Source: an uncultured Gammaproteobacteria bacterium (lineage in GTDB: Bacteria > Patescibacteriota > Patescibacteriia > Magasanikbacterales > GWA2-37-8). Taken from it: 64,000 nt of DNA. The translations under genes and the position numbers were made by a program. A model generated the notes under the pieces. It made no database searches. It had not been told where the DNA came from and worked only from the letters and a program-made list of their open reading frames with translations. This document shows, piece by piece, positions 49,915 to 60,800 of the stretch; the stretch's first letter is position 1, and the number at the start of each line of letters is the position of its first letter. The stretch is taken from the NCBI GenBank assembly GCA_964596525.1, contig CAZQUL010000001.1, forward strand, positions 1,079,723-1,143,722, given 5' to 3'.

Positions 49915-49947
49915 AGCGGCCTTGCCTTAAGGGCCGCTTTGTTTTTT
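49915..49947. terminator. Rho-independent terminator after the transglycosylase gene
   Basis: agcggccttgccttaagggccgct + ttgtttttt. Confidence 0.55.
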
Positions 49948-51354
49948 ATGCTCACGCTGGTCGATGGGATCAAAAATAGATCGATCCAAAACCCCATGGA
50001 CCATAAAATCGGCTATGCGTTTGCCGCCGTAGATGGACGAAAGAATACCCACGCCATTGCAGCCCAGGTTATAAAGTAACACTGGGTTACATGGCTCCGG
50101 ACCAATAACACGCAGACCATGCGGCGTATATCCCATAAGCCCATGCCAGGTGAAGAGATAATCGAGTTTCTCGGGCGACGGTGCAAAGGCCGTCTTGAGG
50201 AACGCGGATATTTCTTCGCTCGCTCGCTCCGGAAAGTTAACGTCCGCGGTGAGATAGTCTTGTTTGCGATCTACATTATCTTCGGGCCCGCCGATGCACA
50301 CCAGGTTGCCATCGCCCAAGGTATTATGGTGGAAGCGGCGACGCGTGAGGTAAAAATAGGGATCTTCTTCATCCACCCGGCGCTGCGCACGACTCGTCTC
50401 ACGCCCGGCTGTCTCTCCGGATGGGAAGTAGCTAATAGCCTTAGGTTTACGTTGGTCATCTTCAAAATACGCGGCCATGTAACCAATTTTTCCAATAACC
50501 AGCTGGTGGAACGCCGGATCAATATCCTCACCCACCGTGTTGGTGAGCTTAAAATGTTCAAAACCGTTAGTGCAGAGCACGACCCGTTGAGCCGTAATCG
50601 CGTGGTTATTCACGCTCAACTGGGCTATGCCGTCTTTAAGCACCACTTCTTTAACCGGACTATGCTCAAACAGCCGGAAACGATCCGGGTACTGCTCAAG
50701 AAGCGACTCAACCATTTCTTCGCATAAAAGGGCGCTGTTCACGCACCCTTTCCGGGAAGCGAGCGCGGCGATGTAGCGCTCATCCTTGGTTTCGAGCAAA
50801 GTAAGAATATAATCATGATCAACCCGGGCGTAGAGCTCGCTATATTCGGACGGAATAGCAGCAATAATGTCCGGCCGGTTCACCACAAGCATACCTTCAA
50901 TATCAAGCCCGGCCTCACGCTGATACTTGATGTTGCGCAGATGGTCGATAATTTGCGTTATGGTAGAGCAGCCGGCGTATCCCGTAAATTTAGCCAGAGG
51001 TGCAGTAAGGCGCCCTTCCCAATACATCTCGTCAATCAGATCCCAGGCGTAAAAAATGGCTTCTTGCGCTTTAGCAGCAAGGGTCAATCCATACTGCTCG
51101 ACAAGGTGCGAAAACGGATGTTCAAAATAGCTGACGATCTGCCCAGCGTTGTGGCCGGTCGCACCGTGCGCCACCCGGCTTGCCTCAATAATCGTCACCG
51201 GACGATTGGTGTATTTGAGACAAAAAAAGGCAGTGGAAATCCCCGCGATGCCTGCCCCCACGATAACAATGTCGCCATCGAAGTCCTTATCGAGAATCTG
51301 GGGCGGGCGCTTTAACGACAACTGATGCAGCCAAGGGGATGAATTGCTTGCCAT
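49927..51354 (-). CDS. FAD-dependent oxidoreductase (DAO/glycine-oxidase-like)
   Basis: IVIVGAGIAGISTAFFC dinucleotide-binding motif. Confidence 0.65.
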   Translation of the reverse strand: MASNSSPWLHQLSLKRPPQILDKDFDGDIVIVGAGIAGISTAFFCLKYTNRPVTIIEASRVAHGATGHNAGQIVSYFEHPFSHLVEQYGLTLAAKAQEAIFYAWDLIDEMYWEGRLTAPLAKFTGYAGCSTITQIIDHLRNIKYQREAGLDIEGMLVVNRPDIIAAIPSEYSELYARVDHDYILTLLETKDERYIAALASRKGCVNSALLCEEMVESLLEQYPDRFRLFEHSPVKEVVLKDGIAQLSVNNHAITAQRVVLCTNGFEHFKLTNTVGEDIDPAFHQLVIGKIGYMAAYFEDDQRKPKAISYFPSGETAGRETSRAQRRVDEEDPYFYLTRRRFHHNTLGDGNLVCIGGPEDNVDRKQDYLTADVNFPERASEEISAFLKTAFAPSPEKLDYLFTWHGLMGYTPHGLRVIGPEPCNPVLLYNLGCNGVGILSSIYGGKRIADFMVHGVLDRSIFDPIDQREHKKQSGP

Positions 51355-51389
51355 ACGAGAACGAAAAGATCTAAGAATGAAAAGCCCTC

Positions 51390-52619
51390 CTATTCGGCCA
51401 AATAACCGAGCGGGTCAACCGGGATACCGTTCAAGCGCACCTCAAAGTGCAAGTGCGCACCAGTAACGAACGGGCCAGCACCCACGGTTCCGGGCGTACC
51501 CCCAGAATAGCCGATAATATCGCCTTTATTGACGTATTGCTCATTGCTCACCAAAATCGAACTCAAATGGCCATACACGGTCGATAAGTTGCTGGTGTGG
51601 ATAAGAAGTACATAGGCATAGCAGGTCGAACTGGTGCAGCGCCGTGCTTGGCCAACATAGCCCGAAGAAGCCGCTTTGACCGGCGTACCCTGCGCCGCAC
51701 GAATATCAATGGCATTATGCTCAAAGACCCGGCGATACGGATAGCTCGGATCGCGGAAACGGGCCGTGATGTAGCGGCTCGGTACCGGCCATACAAAATC
51801 CACATCCCCGACCGGCACGGTTTTGATTTTTTCCTGTTCGGCAAGTTTTTTCCGCACCTGTTCTTCGTAACTTCTCACTTCGTTTTCCACACTCTGGTAT
51901 TCGCGCTTCAAACCGTCGAGTAACGTCTGGTATTTCTTTTCCGAAGAGCGGGTGTCAGCCAAGAGCCCTTTGCGGGCATTCATCTGCTCGTTTAAATCCT
52001 GTCTTTTTTCGTTAAGTTCGGCCGTATAATCTTCCAAATTCTTCTTACGTTTGCTTACCTCCACCTGTTTTTCCATCAGTTGACCACGGCTCGTACGCAA
52101 AGCGGCCGTGGCGCGTCCTACATCACTATACACATCTTCCAGATTCTTCAGCTGCGAAAAAAATATGGCTAAATTTTCTTCCGTCAAAAGGATTTCGAGA
52201 GTATTTTTTTGGTCATCGGAATGAATGTTTTTGATGAGCGATTGCAGCATGGCTTTGTGCCGTTCCAATTCCTTAGTCTTGTCCGCAATGCCAAAATTTA
52301 GCAAATCAAGCTCGAGCCGCGTGGTTTCGAGCTTATCTTTCGCTACTTGAATTTCCACCCCCACCTGGTCGATGCGCGTATCGATGATCGAGAGCTGGTT
52401 TTGGAGCGATACGGCTTCGAGCTGCTTGGCTTCGATGGTTTTCTTGTAACTACCAATGGTGTCTTCGAGCTGTTTAATTTTGTCTTTATTCTGCTGAATT
52501 TTTTTGTTCAACTCATCGATTTCCTTCGTAGATTGCACGGTTTGCGAAAAGGTCGGCACTCCTCCGGTACCGAAAAAGATAAACAACGCACACAGGGCGG
52601 CGAGAAGTATTTTTTTCAT
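51390..52619 (-). CDS. Coiled-coil M23 metallopeptidase (EnvC-like murein hydrolase/activator)
   Basis: Signal MKKILLAALCALFIFF, long coiled coil, C-terminal GAHLHFEVRLNGIPVDP (M23 HxH). Confidence 0.7.
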   Translation of the reverse strand: MKKILLAALCALFIFFGTGGVPTFSQTVQSTKEIDELNKKIQQNKDKIKQLEDTIGSYKKTIEAKQLEAVSLQNQLSIIDTRIDQVGVEIQVAKDKLETTRLELDLLNFGIADKTKELERHKAMLQSLIKNIHSDDQKNTLEILLTEENLAIFFSQLKNLEDVYSDVGRATAALRTSRGQLMEKQVEVSKRKKNLEDYTAELNEKRQDLNEQMNARKGLLADTRSSEKKYQTLLDGLKREYQSVENEVRSYEEQVRKKLAEQEKIKTVPVGDVDFVWPVPSRYITARFRDPSYPYRRVFEHNAIDIRAAQGTPVKAASSGYVGQARRCTSSTCYAYVLLIHTSNLSTVYGHLSSILVSNEQYVNKGDIIGYSGGTPGTVGAGPFVTGAHLHFEVRLNGIPVDPLGYLAE

Positions 52620-52694
52620 ATGGAGGTAGTATGCCACAGAGAACGAAGAAGAGGTAGTAGAGAAGGTAGCGCCCAACGCTACTTCCCGAATAAC

Positions 52695-52831
52695 GTCATT
52701 GCGAGTTGCGAGTTAGACGAGCGACGAAGCAATCCCTTCGTAATTCAGCGCTCACTCTGGTATCAGGGGGATTGCCCGCCCGGCACGCCTTTGCTGCCAT
52801 GGCGGACAGGCTTCGCTACGCTCGCAATGAC
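52695..52831. repeat. Copy 3 of nested-palindrome repeat (long variant with internal GC-rich hairpin insert)
   Basis: gtcattgcgagttgcgag...gacgaagcaatccc...gggggattgcccgcccggcacgcctttgctgccatggcggacaggcttcg...ctcgcaatgac. Confidence 0.7.
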
Positions 52832-52841
52832 AGGAAGTTCT

Positions 52842-54320
52842 TTAGAGTAATTTTTCCAAAGCAAGCCTTAGGCGACGTACGCTTTCCTCTTTTCCAAGCG
52901 CCAACGCGATTTCGAATGGTCCCGGCGAATTCTGTTGACCCGAAAGCGCGATGCGCAACGGGGAGAGCACAGCGCCGTTACTAAGCGCCTTTTCCTGGAC
53001 GAAAGCTGCGATGATTTTTTCGAGTTCCGGCTTAGACCACTCACTCTCCCCTACCGACCCGAGCTTATCGACAAGGTTTTCGAGCACCATGCGCGCCTCT
53101 TCGGGAGTTCCTTTGCGCCATACCAGCAGCTCTTTCTCGTACGCCGGCAATTCAAAACAAAACGCGATCGCCCCCGGCAACTCACCAAGCGTCGTAATAC
53201 GGTCTTTTTCAAGAGCCACACAAGCCACGGTTTTCTCCCACGAAGCCGTCGTCGGCAAACCATAATCCACCGCTCGGCGCGCCACTTCTTCGGCACTCAT
53301 TTTTTTAAGGTATTCCTTGTTAAACCAGTTGAGTTTTTCGATATTAAACACCGAACCAGCTTTACTCACCTTTTCCAAACTGAATTCTTTGATGAGCTCG
53401 TCGAGCGAAAAAATCTCACGGTCGTCACCGGGATTCCAGCCAAGAAACGCAACAAAGTTAAGAAGCGCTTCGGGCAAGTAGCCTTTTTTGCGGTAATCTT
53501 CTACCGCCACATCGCCCTGGCGTTTGCTGAGTTTGGATTTATCAGGGTTGAGAATGAGGCCGAGATGCCCAAACTCAGGCGCCTGCCAGCCAAAGTATTC
53601 GTAGAGCTTGAGGTGTTTGGGAGTGCTCGAAATCCACTCTTCACCGCGGACAACATGAGTGATGTGCATGAGATGGTCGTCTACCACAACCGCAAAATGA
53701 TACGTCGGAAAACCGTCGGATTTGATGAGCACTTGGTCATCGATGAGGCGGTTATTAAACCGGATTTCTCCGCGGATAAGATCGTTAAACACTGTTTCAC
53801 CGGTCTGATCCATCTTCATGCGGATGACATACGGTGTTTGTTCTTTGAGCTTCGCTTCCACGTCGGCAGGCACAAGGCTCAAACATAAGCGGTCATAACT
53901 CGTTGCTTGCTTATTGGCTTCTTGACGCTTGCGGAGTTCTTCGAGGCGCTCGGACGTGCAGAAACAATAATAAGCCGTGCCGTTAGCGAGCAAGGTTTTG
54001 ATATGTTCATGGTAAATCGGCAAGCGCTCGGATTGAATGTATGAATCCGGTCCGCCTTTTTGACTTACTTTATATTCGCCGCGGGCCAACGCCTCTTCGT
54101 CAAGACACACGCCTTCATCGGGACGGATACCGGCCCAGTACATGGCTTTGAGCAAATTAAGCGTCGCATCGGCCACAAAGCGCTCGCGGTCAGTGTCTTC
54201 GATACGGAGTAAAAATTGGCCATTATTCTGTTTGGCCAAGATGTACGAATAGAGCGCCATCTTAAGAGTGCCGATGTGCATGTAACCAGTGGGGCTCGGG
54301 GCGATGCGGGTGCGGAACAT
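52842..54320 (-). CDS. gltX: Glutamyl-tRNA synthetase
   Basis: RIAPSPTGYMHIGTLKMALYSY...LRIEDTD (HIGH) and KLSKRQG (KMSKS). Confidence 0.9.
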   Translation of the reverse strand: MFRTRIAPSPTGYMHIGTLKMALYSYILAKQNNGQFLLRIEDTDRERFVADATLNLLKAMYWAGIRPDEGVCLDEEALARGEYKVSQKGGPDSYIQSERLPIYHEHIKTLLANGTAYYCFCTSERLEELRKRQEANKQATSYDRLCLSLVPADVEAKLKEQTPYVIRMKMDQTGETVFNDLIRGEIRFNNRLIDDQVLIKSDGFPTYHFAVVVDDHLMHITHVVRGEEWISSTPKHLKLYEYFGWQAPEFGHLGLILNPDKSKLSKRQGDVAVEDYRKKGYLPEALLNFVAFLGWNPGDDREIFSLDELIKEFSLEKVSKAGSVFNIEKLNWFNKEYLKKMSAEEVARRAVDYGLPTTASWEKTVACVALEKDRITTLGELPGAIAFCFELPAYEKELLVWRKGTPEEARMVLENLVDKLGSVGESEWSKPELEKIIAAFVQEKALSNGAVLSPLRIALSGQQNSPGPFEIALALGKEESVRRLRLALEKLL

Positions 54321-54506
54321 ACGAGGAGCTTGTAGCTAGTTAGTTGGTAGCTTGCTAGGAGCAAGGTACCTAAAAGGTATGGTGATACTAGCAAATTAGC
54401 CGGTTTTTTCAAAGGTTAGGTTTGGATGGAGAGAAGTGAAGTGGCTTTTTAGCCCGTTAGCCGGTTAGGAACGTAGCTCGTTAGAAAGAAGACCCTCTTA
54501 AGCACT

Positions 54507-54644
54507 GTCATTGCGAGGAAGGAGTTAGATGACTGACGAAGCAATCCCCTTGATATCAAAGCGGGCTCTGAATTACGCAGGGATTGCCCGCCCGGCACGC
54601 CGTGCTGCCATGGCGGACGGGCTTCGTCGTGCCTCCTCGCAATA
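54507..54644. repeat. Copy 4 of nested-palindrome repeat (long variant)
   Basis: gtcattgcgaggaagg...gacgaagcaatccccttgatatcaaagcgggctctgaattacgcagggattgcccgcccggcacgccgtgctgccatggcggacgggcttcgtcgtgcctcctcgcaatag. Confidence 0.7.
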
Positions 54645-54695
54645 GCACTATCTTCCAGGCATTTTACCATACCGTATAAAGATACTTTTACCTCA

Positions 54696-54735
54696 ATAAA
54701 AAAGCCCCCGCATCTTGCGATTTGGGGGCTGAAGG
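54696..54735 (-). terminator. Rho-independent terminator downstream of the Cys-rich gene
   Basis: On the minus strand: cagcccccaaatcgcaagatgcgggggc + ttttttatt. Confidence 0.5.
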
Positions 54736-54816
54736 GTTAGGCCGTGGGCAGCGCATGCGCTTTCCACGAACCGTACCCTAACGACGAAGGCGGTAGCGAG
54801 AGGCGGCGGCCCTCGA

Positions 54817-55875
54817 CTACTTCAGGAGGACCGAGATGTTGCAGCCGTTCATGGCGCTGCAGCTCGCGTAGAGCTCGACGTTGCTGTCCGTCGTCCCGTC
54901 CTTCTTCTTGATCGCGCCCAGGAGCAGGGTCCGGAGCGCCGCGTCCATGTTGGACTGCGTGGCGTCGGGGTCGAGCTCGACCGTGCCGGTCTTGTAGACG
55001 CCCTCCACCAGCCAGCGGCGGCTGTCCTGGATGTTGGCCAGGATGGAGAAGCCGCTCTGGGTGGCGGTCGTCTTCTTGGGCGGGCAGAACTTGATGACGG
55101 TGCCCGCCGCGAGCATCTTGGCCCAGACGCCCGAGGGCGCCTTGACGGTCGTGTTGCCCGGCGTGGAGAGCGTCTCGCCCGAGAGCGGGCCGACGCTGCC
55201 GTCGTAGCGGATGCCGGACGGGACGGTCAGGACGTGCGACTCACAGTTGCTGAAGCTCACCTGCTCGCACATGCCGTTCGTGCTGTTGCAGAACTGCCCG
55301 GCCTGGCACGTCACGCCCTGGCACTTGTCGGTGGGCTGGGTCGTGGTCTCGCTGCACACGCTGTCCTTGCAGGTCAGGCCGACGGCGCACGCGCGGTCGC
55401 GGGTGCAGGCCGTGCCCTTGGGCAGCCGGGTGGCGCAGACCGAGCTCTGGGTGCAGAAGCCGGTCATGGTGCACGTCTGATCCTCGTTGGCGATCGTGCA
55501 GCTCGGGGCGGTGACGCAGACGGCCGGGTCACCCACGCCACCCTTCCAGGTGCAGAGCTGACCCTCGGTGCAGCCACCGTTGTTGGCGGAGCAGGGGTTC
55601 TGCACAGCGGAGGCGGGCAGGCAGGTCGGGACATCAGCGCCGACATCCAGGCAGGTGGTTCCGTTGGTGCACTTGGCGGCGAAGGCAGGATCCGAGGCGC
55701 AGCGGTTGGGGCCACAGAAGCCCTTCTGACCCGCGACGACGTTGGCGCCGATGCAGGTGTCGCCGGTGTTGCACTCGGCGGTCGAGGCGCAGCGCGGGGC
55801 ATCGCAACCCGCCATCTCCTGGGTGAGCAGGGCGAGGGCGGCGGCGGCGATCGAGTTGGCGAAGGTCTTCTTCAT
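54817..55875 (-). CDS. Secreted cysteine-rich repeat protein (Myxococcota-type Cys-rich repeats) in ~70 % GC island
   Basis: Signal peptide, then ~15 CxxxxC-spaced modules (CASTAECNTGDTC, CTNGTTC, CTEGQLC, ...). GC3 near saturation. Confidence 0.55.
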   Translation of the reverse strand: MKKTFANSIAAAALALLTQEMAGCDAPRCASTAECNTGDTCIGANVVAGQKGFCGPNRCASDPAFAAKCTNGTTCLDVGADVPTCLPASAVQNPCSANNGGCTEGQLCTWKGGVGDPAVCVTAPSCTIANEDQTCTMTGFCTQSSVCATRLPKGTACTRDRACAVGLTCKDSVCSETTTQPTDKCQGVTCQAGQFCNSTNGMCEQVSFSNCESHVLTVPSGIRYDGSVGPLSGETLSTPGNTTVKAPSGVWAKMLAAGTVIKFCPPKKTTATQSGFSILANIQDSRRWLVEGVYKTGTVELDPDATQSNMDAALRTLLLGAIKKKDGTTDSNVELYASCSAMNGCNISVLLK

Positions 55876-56244
55876 GGGTCTTCTCCTTGTGGTCTACCTT
55901 CCCATCTTGTGGGAGGTTTCATGGTTCGGTTTCAGGATTCGCTACTTACCAAGCGCACGTACCTTATGTCGTTAGGGTAGTGTACTCGGCAAGGCCAGCA
56001 AATGACGATGGTTCATCAGTCACTGGCCTTGCGAGTACGTTGTAATGAACAACAGTATAGTATAACACAAATGGTGCCATTTGTCAAGCTTTTTTTGCTC
56101 TTATTTTAGCACCATTTCTCTTGCCGCAAGCGACTTGCGAAGAGAGAAATGGCGGGCGGAGAGTGAGAACTCACATCTCCGCCCTGAAGGCGACAGAAAC
56201 AAGGCGGTGGGTAGGGGTTCGTTCGGCGCTGAACCCCTGGACGA

Positions 56245-57297
56245 CTACTTGCGGATGCTCTTCTTGCCGATCGCGCCGATCCGCAGGTGGCTCATGAAGG
56301 CGAAGCGTCGCGTCGGCTCGTAGCCCTGGAAGGCAGCGTCACCGCCGCCGATGCCCGCATCGAGCTCGACGTAGGCGCCGCCGTTGTGCGGCACGTAGGC
56401 GAAGCCGAGCTTGGCGATGCCGACCCGCTCGCGATAGGTGCCCTCACCCACGATGGCGGTGTAGAGCAGATCGACGCCGGCCTTGAGCACCACGTTGCGA
56501 CCGACGTTGAAGAGGTAGGAGGGGCCGAACGTGAAGGTCAGGTTCTTGAGCGACCACACGTTGCCCTGGCCGATCACCTCCGGGTGCCAGTGCAGGCTCA
56601 GGTCGACCGCAGCGCCGTGCCGGCTGGCGTTGATGCGGTTGAAGGCGACGCCACCGAAGGCTCCGATCGCTCCGCCGCGGGGCAGCAGGCTCGAGTAGAG
56701 CAGGCTCGCACCGCCGTAGGGGCGCAGGATGCCGAAGATCGGGCCGCTCTCACCCTCCACCAGCTTCTGAGTCGAAGCGGGCGGAGCGGTCGTCGCGAGC
56801 GCCGGCTTGATGTCGGCGACGGGCGGCTTGGCAGAGGCGGGGCAGCCGTCGTTGACGGGCAGACCGGGCTCGTCCGGGCACTTGTCGATCCCGTTGGCGA
56901 GGCCATCGTGATCGCGATCCGGATCGGGCTGGGTGGGCTGCTCGTAGACCACGACGGGCTGCGGGGCGGGGGCGGGCTGCACGACGACCGGGGGCGCCGC
57001 AGGCGCGGGGTTGACCACGACCGGCGGACCGCCGGTGCGGCCGTCCTTGAGCTCCACCACCACTTTGACCTCCTGCGGCTTGGAAGGCTCGACGGCCTTC
57101 GCGGCGGGCGGGGGCGGCGGGAGCCGCTTGGGGGCGGCGCGGCGCACGGGGCGGGGTCGGGGGGGCTTCGGTGCCGGGTTGCAGCGCGGATCATCGGCCG
57201 CCGGGGGCGGGGCCGTCTCGGCCAGCACCACAGTGGCGCCGGTCAGGACGATGCCGAGCACGAGGCAGGAGGCAACAAGGCGGGTGGACTTCATCAT
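56245..57297 (-). CDS. Secreted proline-rich protein with thrombospondin type-3-like Ca-binding repeat and C-terminal beta-barrel-like domain
   Basis: Signal peptide, PPPPAAKA/PAPAAPPVVV low complexity, DPDRDHDGLANGIDKCPDEPGLPVNDGCP (TSP3-like), aromatic-rich C-terminal half ending in F. Confidence 0.5.
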   Translation of the reverse strand: MMKSTRLVASCLVLGIVLTGATVVLAETAPPPAADDPRCNPAPKPPRPRPVRRAAPKRLPPPPPAAKAVEPSKPQEVKVVVELKDGRTGGPPVVVNPAPAAPPVVVQPAPAPQPVVVYEQPTQPDPDRDHDGLANGIDKCPDEPGLPVNDGCPASAKPPVADIKPALATTAPPASTQKLVEGESGPIFGILRPYGGASLLYSSLLPRGGAIGAFGGVAFNRINASRHGAAVDLSLHWHPEVIGQGNVWSLKNLTFTFGPSYLFNVGRNVVLKAGVDLLYTAIVGEGTYRERVGIAKLGFAYVPHNGGAYVELDAGIGGGDAAFQGYEPTRRFAFMSHLRIGAIGKKSIRK

Positions 57298-57761
57298 GGC
57301 GAACTCCTTTTTTCTGTGTCAGCAAGCAGTCGGTTGGTAGTCGCCCCAGAGGGGTTGGCTCTGGGCAGTCCTTCTCTGGGACGTACTCAAAAGAGATTGC
57401 TCTTCTCAGTACGTCCCAGAGTTATTTGTTTCTGTCATTTGTAATGAACATTCATCCGTTACGGTCTTAAAAAGCTATGCATCTCGTAAAAGGTACGTAC
57501 TGAAGGGTACAATCGGTCAAGGAGATCTATAGCTTTTCAAGTGCGTAACGACATACTATATCACACTTTTAGCTTTTCGTCAAGTCCGGCTTAACGCACT
57601 GTTTGCGTGGATCTTAGCGAAGAATCAATTAACAACTAACTATACCACATTTTTACCTACGTGTCAAGATTGTGGAAAAGGAGTAAACGGGGCAGAGGTT
57701 GGCCAAAAGAACCCTAAAATAGCCACTTCCCCACCCTATCACAAAGGCTTTTTTGCTGTCA

Positions 57762-57795
57762 AAATACAACAACGTCCCTAGGGACGTTGTTGATA
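57762..57795 (-). terminator. Perfect-palindrome terminator downstream of the giant gene
   Basis: caacaacgtccctagggacgttgttg followed by tatttt on the minus strand. Confidence 0.45.
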
Positions 57796-57816
57796 GTAAG
57801 GCCAGATTTGCTGAAA

Positions 57817-60800
57817 CTAGGGTGTCGACGGCAGGGTTTTAAGATAGTCATGCATTGCATCGAGTTTGGCCTGGGGTGGATTTTCCATTTCCGCAGTCGA
57901 AAGCGGATCTCTCTGAGCATACGATTCCCCCAGACCGCGTTTGATGAGCTCAGCCAACGCGGCGGTACGCTTAGTCTGTTCAGCCCGATCAGCAGTGGGA
58001 GTGAGAAGGCGTATCAAGGCGCGTTTTTCGCTTTCCGAGGCACCGCCCATGACGCTTTCGAATGCTTGGCGGATTACGGATTCTTTAAACAGCTGGCCCG
58101 AACCATGGATCGTTTCCAGAGATTTTTTAAGTCCGGTAGCGAGCGCAAAGCCGAGATTCTTGGTTTCAAACGGACTTTTCCCCCGCTCCACTCTTTGCGC
58201 ATCGGTCGTGGCCGCTTCGGTTGGGGTGGCCGGTCTTTCAGATGAAGGCTGGCGTTCAGATTCAGGCCGTGGTGCAGGAGGAGGCGTGGTTTCACGAGAA
58301 CTAGAGACGGCCGAGGCCGGCAGGTCTTTTACAGACATGCCGATTTCTTCTGGATGGGACTGCGGACCGGTTCCAAAAGTTTTGGTCACGTCGAGCGCTG
58401 TAGCAGCAGCCCGTGGGCGGCCAGGGGCACGTTTTTTAACAAAACCATCGCTTGCTACACCAACACCCATGCCCAAAAGCAAACCAGCCAAACTGTATCT
58501 GAGCATTGCATTTTTGAGGAATCCTTGGGCAACCCGTTTCTGTTCTGGCGGCAATTTAGCAACAGCTTCATCACTGGCATGCTCGGCACGCACCAGGGCT
58601 TTTTCAAACAGGCCGACACCCCGAGCTTGCTCACGATTTTGCTTAATGTAGGCAGCCTCAATTTGCACCTTTTGCGCGCCTGTTACCAAATCTTCAAGCA
58701 TTTTTCTCACAACTGGATTCTTTACGTACTCACCACCGTCACCAGCGAGGAGAGTTTTTGTTTTCTTGATAATCTCTTGGGTAGCACTGACACGCTCCGC
58801 CTCAGCACCCGACTTAAACCACTCCGCAGGGCGATTCTGGCGAGTATCCACGAGTTTAGCCAAATAACCTTGAGATGCGGCAATGAAATCTTTAACTTCT
58901 TGCTCTTTAACCTCCTTCGCTTCGTCATCTGTCCAGTGCTCTAGGGTGCGGTGCAGATCTTTGACAGCCACCTCATCGTGTTCCTTAAGCTTTTTGAACC
59001 CTTCACGCTTTAGGAATACGTGGCCATCATGATGGATAACATCGTCTTCCGTGAAGCCAGCCTTTTTAAGGAAGCGGTCCTGCTCCTCTTCAGAACCAAG
59101 AGTATCCATGACGCGTTCAAAATTTATCTGCCGGAGAACCATGGCAAACTCGCTGCTGAAACGATCGAAGGCATCACTTGAAAGGCCGCTGGGATTGCCA
59201 TCGTCATCATACGCCAAATTACGCTTCATCATGAGATCAGAGATGCGGCGCATTTTTTCTTGTGATGATTCATAGGTTACAATGGCCGCAGTTGGCTTCA
59301 TAACCTCTTTCATGGACTCGATTGGTTTCCACGGTTTAAATGTACCATTGAATTTTTCAACGCTTTTAGCCTGAGGCAGCTCTTCACGACTGGCTCGGAT
59401 AATATCGGAGCGCACCATGTCGTAGAGCGACATGCCGACTTGTTTGGCATAGGTAGTATCCCAGACTTTCTTGAAAGCCGCCCAGTCGCGGATACCGTAA
59501 CCGCGCAAGATCTTGGCCATAGCTGGACTTGGCGGCACATCAGCCTTAAATAAATCGCGGACTTTCTGCGTCACTTCAAGGTTTTCTTGGATAACGGATG
59601 AACCGTCGACTTCGCTTACCGCTGAATGCGGCTGGTTGTATAACGCTTCAAGAAGAGCAAGGAATTCCTGGGGGCGAGATCTAAGCAGCTCTTGTATGAC
59701 GACGGAGGGAAGTTCCACAACAACGTTAGCATCACGGTCTTCGCGGCGGCGGGCCAAATCAACTTTGCTAATTTCGATGCGCAAATTTCCAAGCGCGCGG
59801 CCAGCCTTAAGAAGTTTGAGAGCAACGCGTTTATTGTTCGCGTCTTTAGCCGGATCGATCGTGCCGAGCTCTTTCTCTGCCTCTTCTAAAGCCCGCTGCA
59901 CATGTGAGCGCTCCTCGGGCGAAAAATCATCCATCGCGGTGCGCAACTCATTGTACTGGGCTACCAATTGATCATATTCACCGTCATTTTCGGGTGTGGT
60001 GAGCTTAATTTCGGGATTAGGAGAAAGCTTGCTCCATTCTTGCATTACCGTACGGGCGATATTGGCATACTCATCTTCAGCCAGCGGCACATCCGAACTT
60101 TCTTGGGCGCGCGCGAAACGCGTTTCAACCTCCAAAACAAACGGATCAAGAGGATTGTTGGCACGCACTGCTGTAAATAATTCACGAAAAACCGGTACGT
60201 ACTGACTAGGCGAGGCGGCGGGTCCCAGAAGAGCGTTTAGCGCCGAACGGTTAATACCGGCTTCACCAAGCTTTTTAGTCAGGTCGTCAACTAAATGTCG
60301 ACGGGTATAATTCTCGAATTCGCGATGATGCTCGTTAACCGCTTGCTCCAACTCCGTGAGAGCGGCGGAAAGTTCGGTGCGCAAACGTGCGACATCCTGT
60401 TTCATTTTGCCGATCGCGCCGGTTTCAAGAACACCCAGCAGGCCTTCTCCACCACTCATTACCTCGGCGACGTCGAGAATTTTCTGCTGGAAATCCGTAA
60501 AGGTAATGGTAAGTTCGCGTACTTTTTTAGTACCAAGACTCGAGATGCGACGCTCGATGGCTTTAATCTTGCTTTCCATTTCAGTGCGGAGTTTTTCAGC
60601 CTCCTGGAGTGAACGAACCATGTCGATGTCGACATCCGGAATTTCGCGCCTCGTTTTACGATCAAGAAGATGGTACATCACTTTACCATCCGGACCCACT
60701 TTAATCTGCGTAGCCAAAAATTCTGCCCCAGCAATATGGACGGTTTTCTCTTTGAGCGGCTCGAACGTAGCAAGCGGTTCAGGCGAAACGATGCGTTTAA

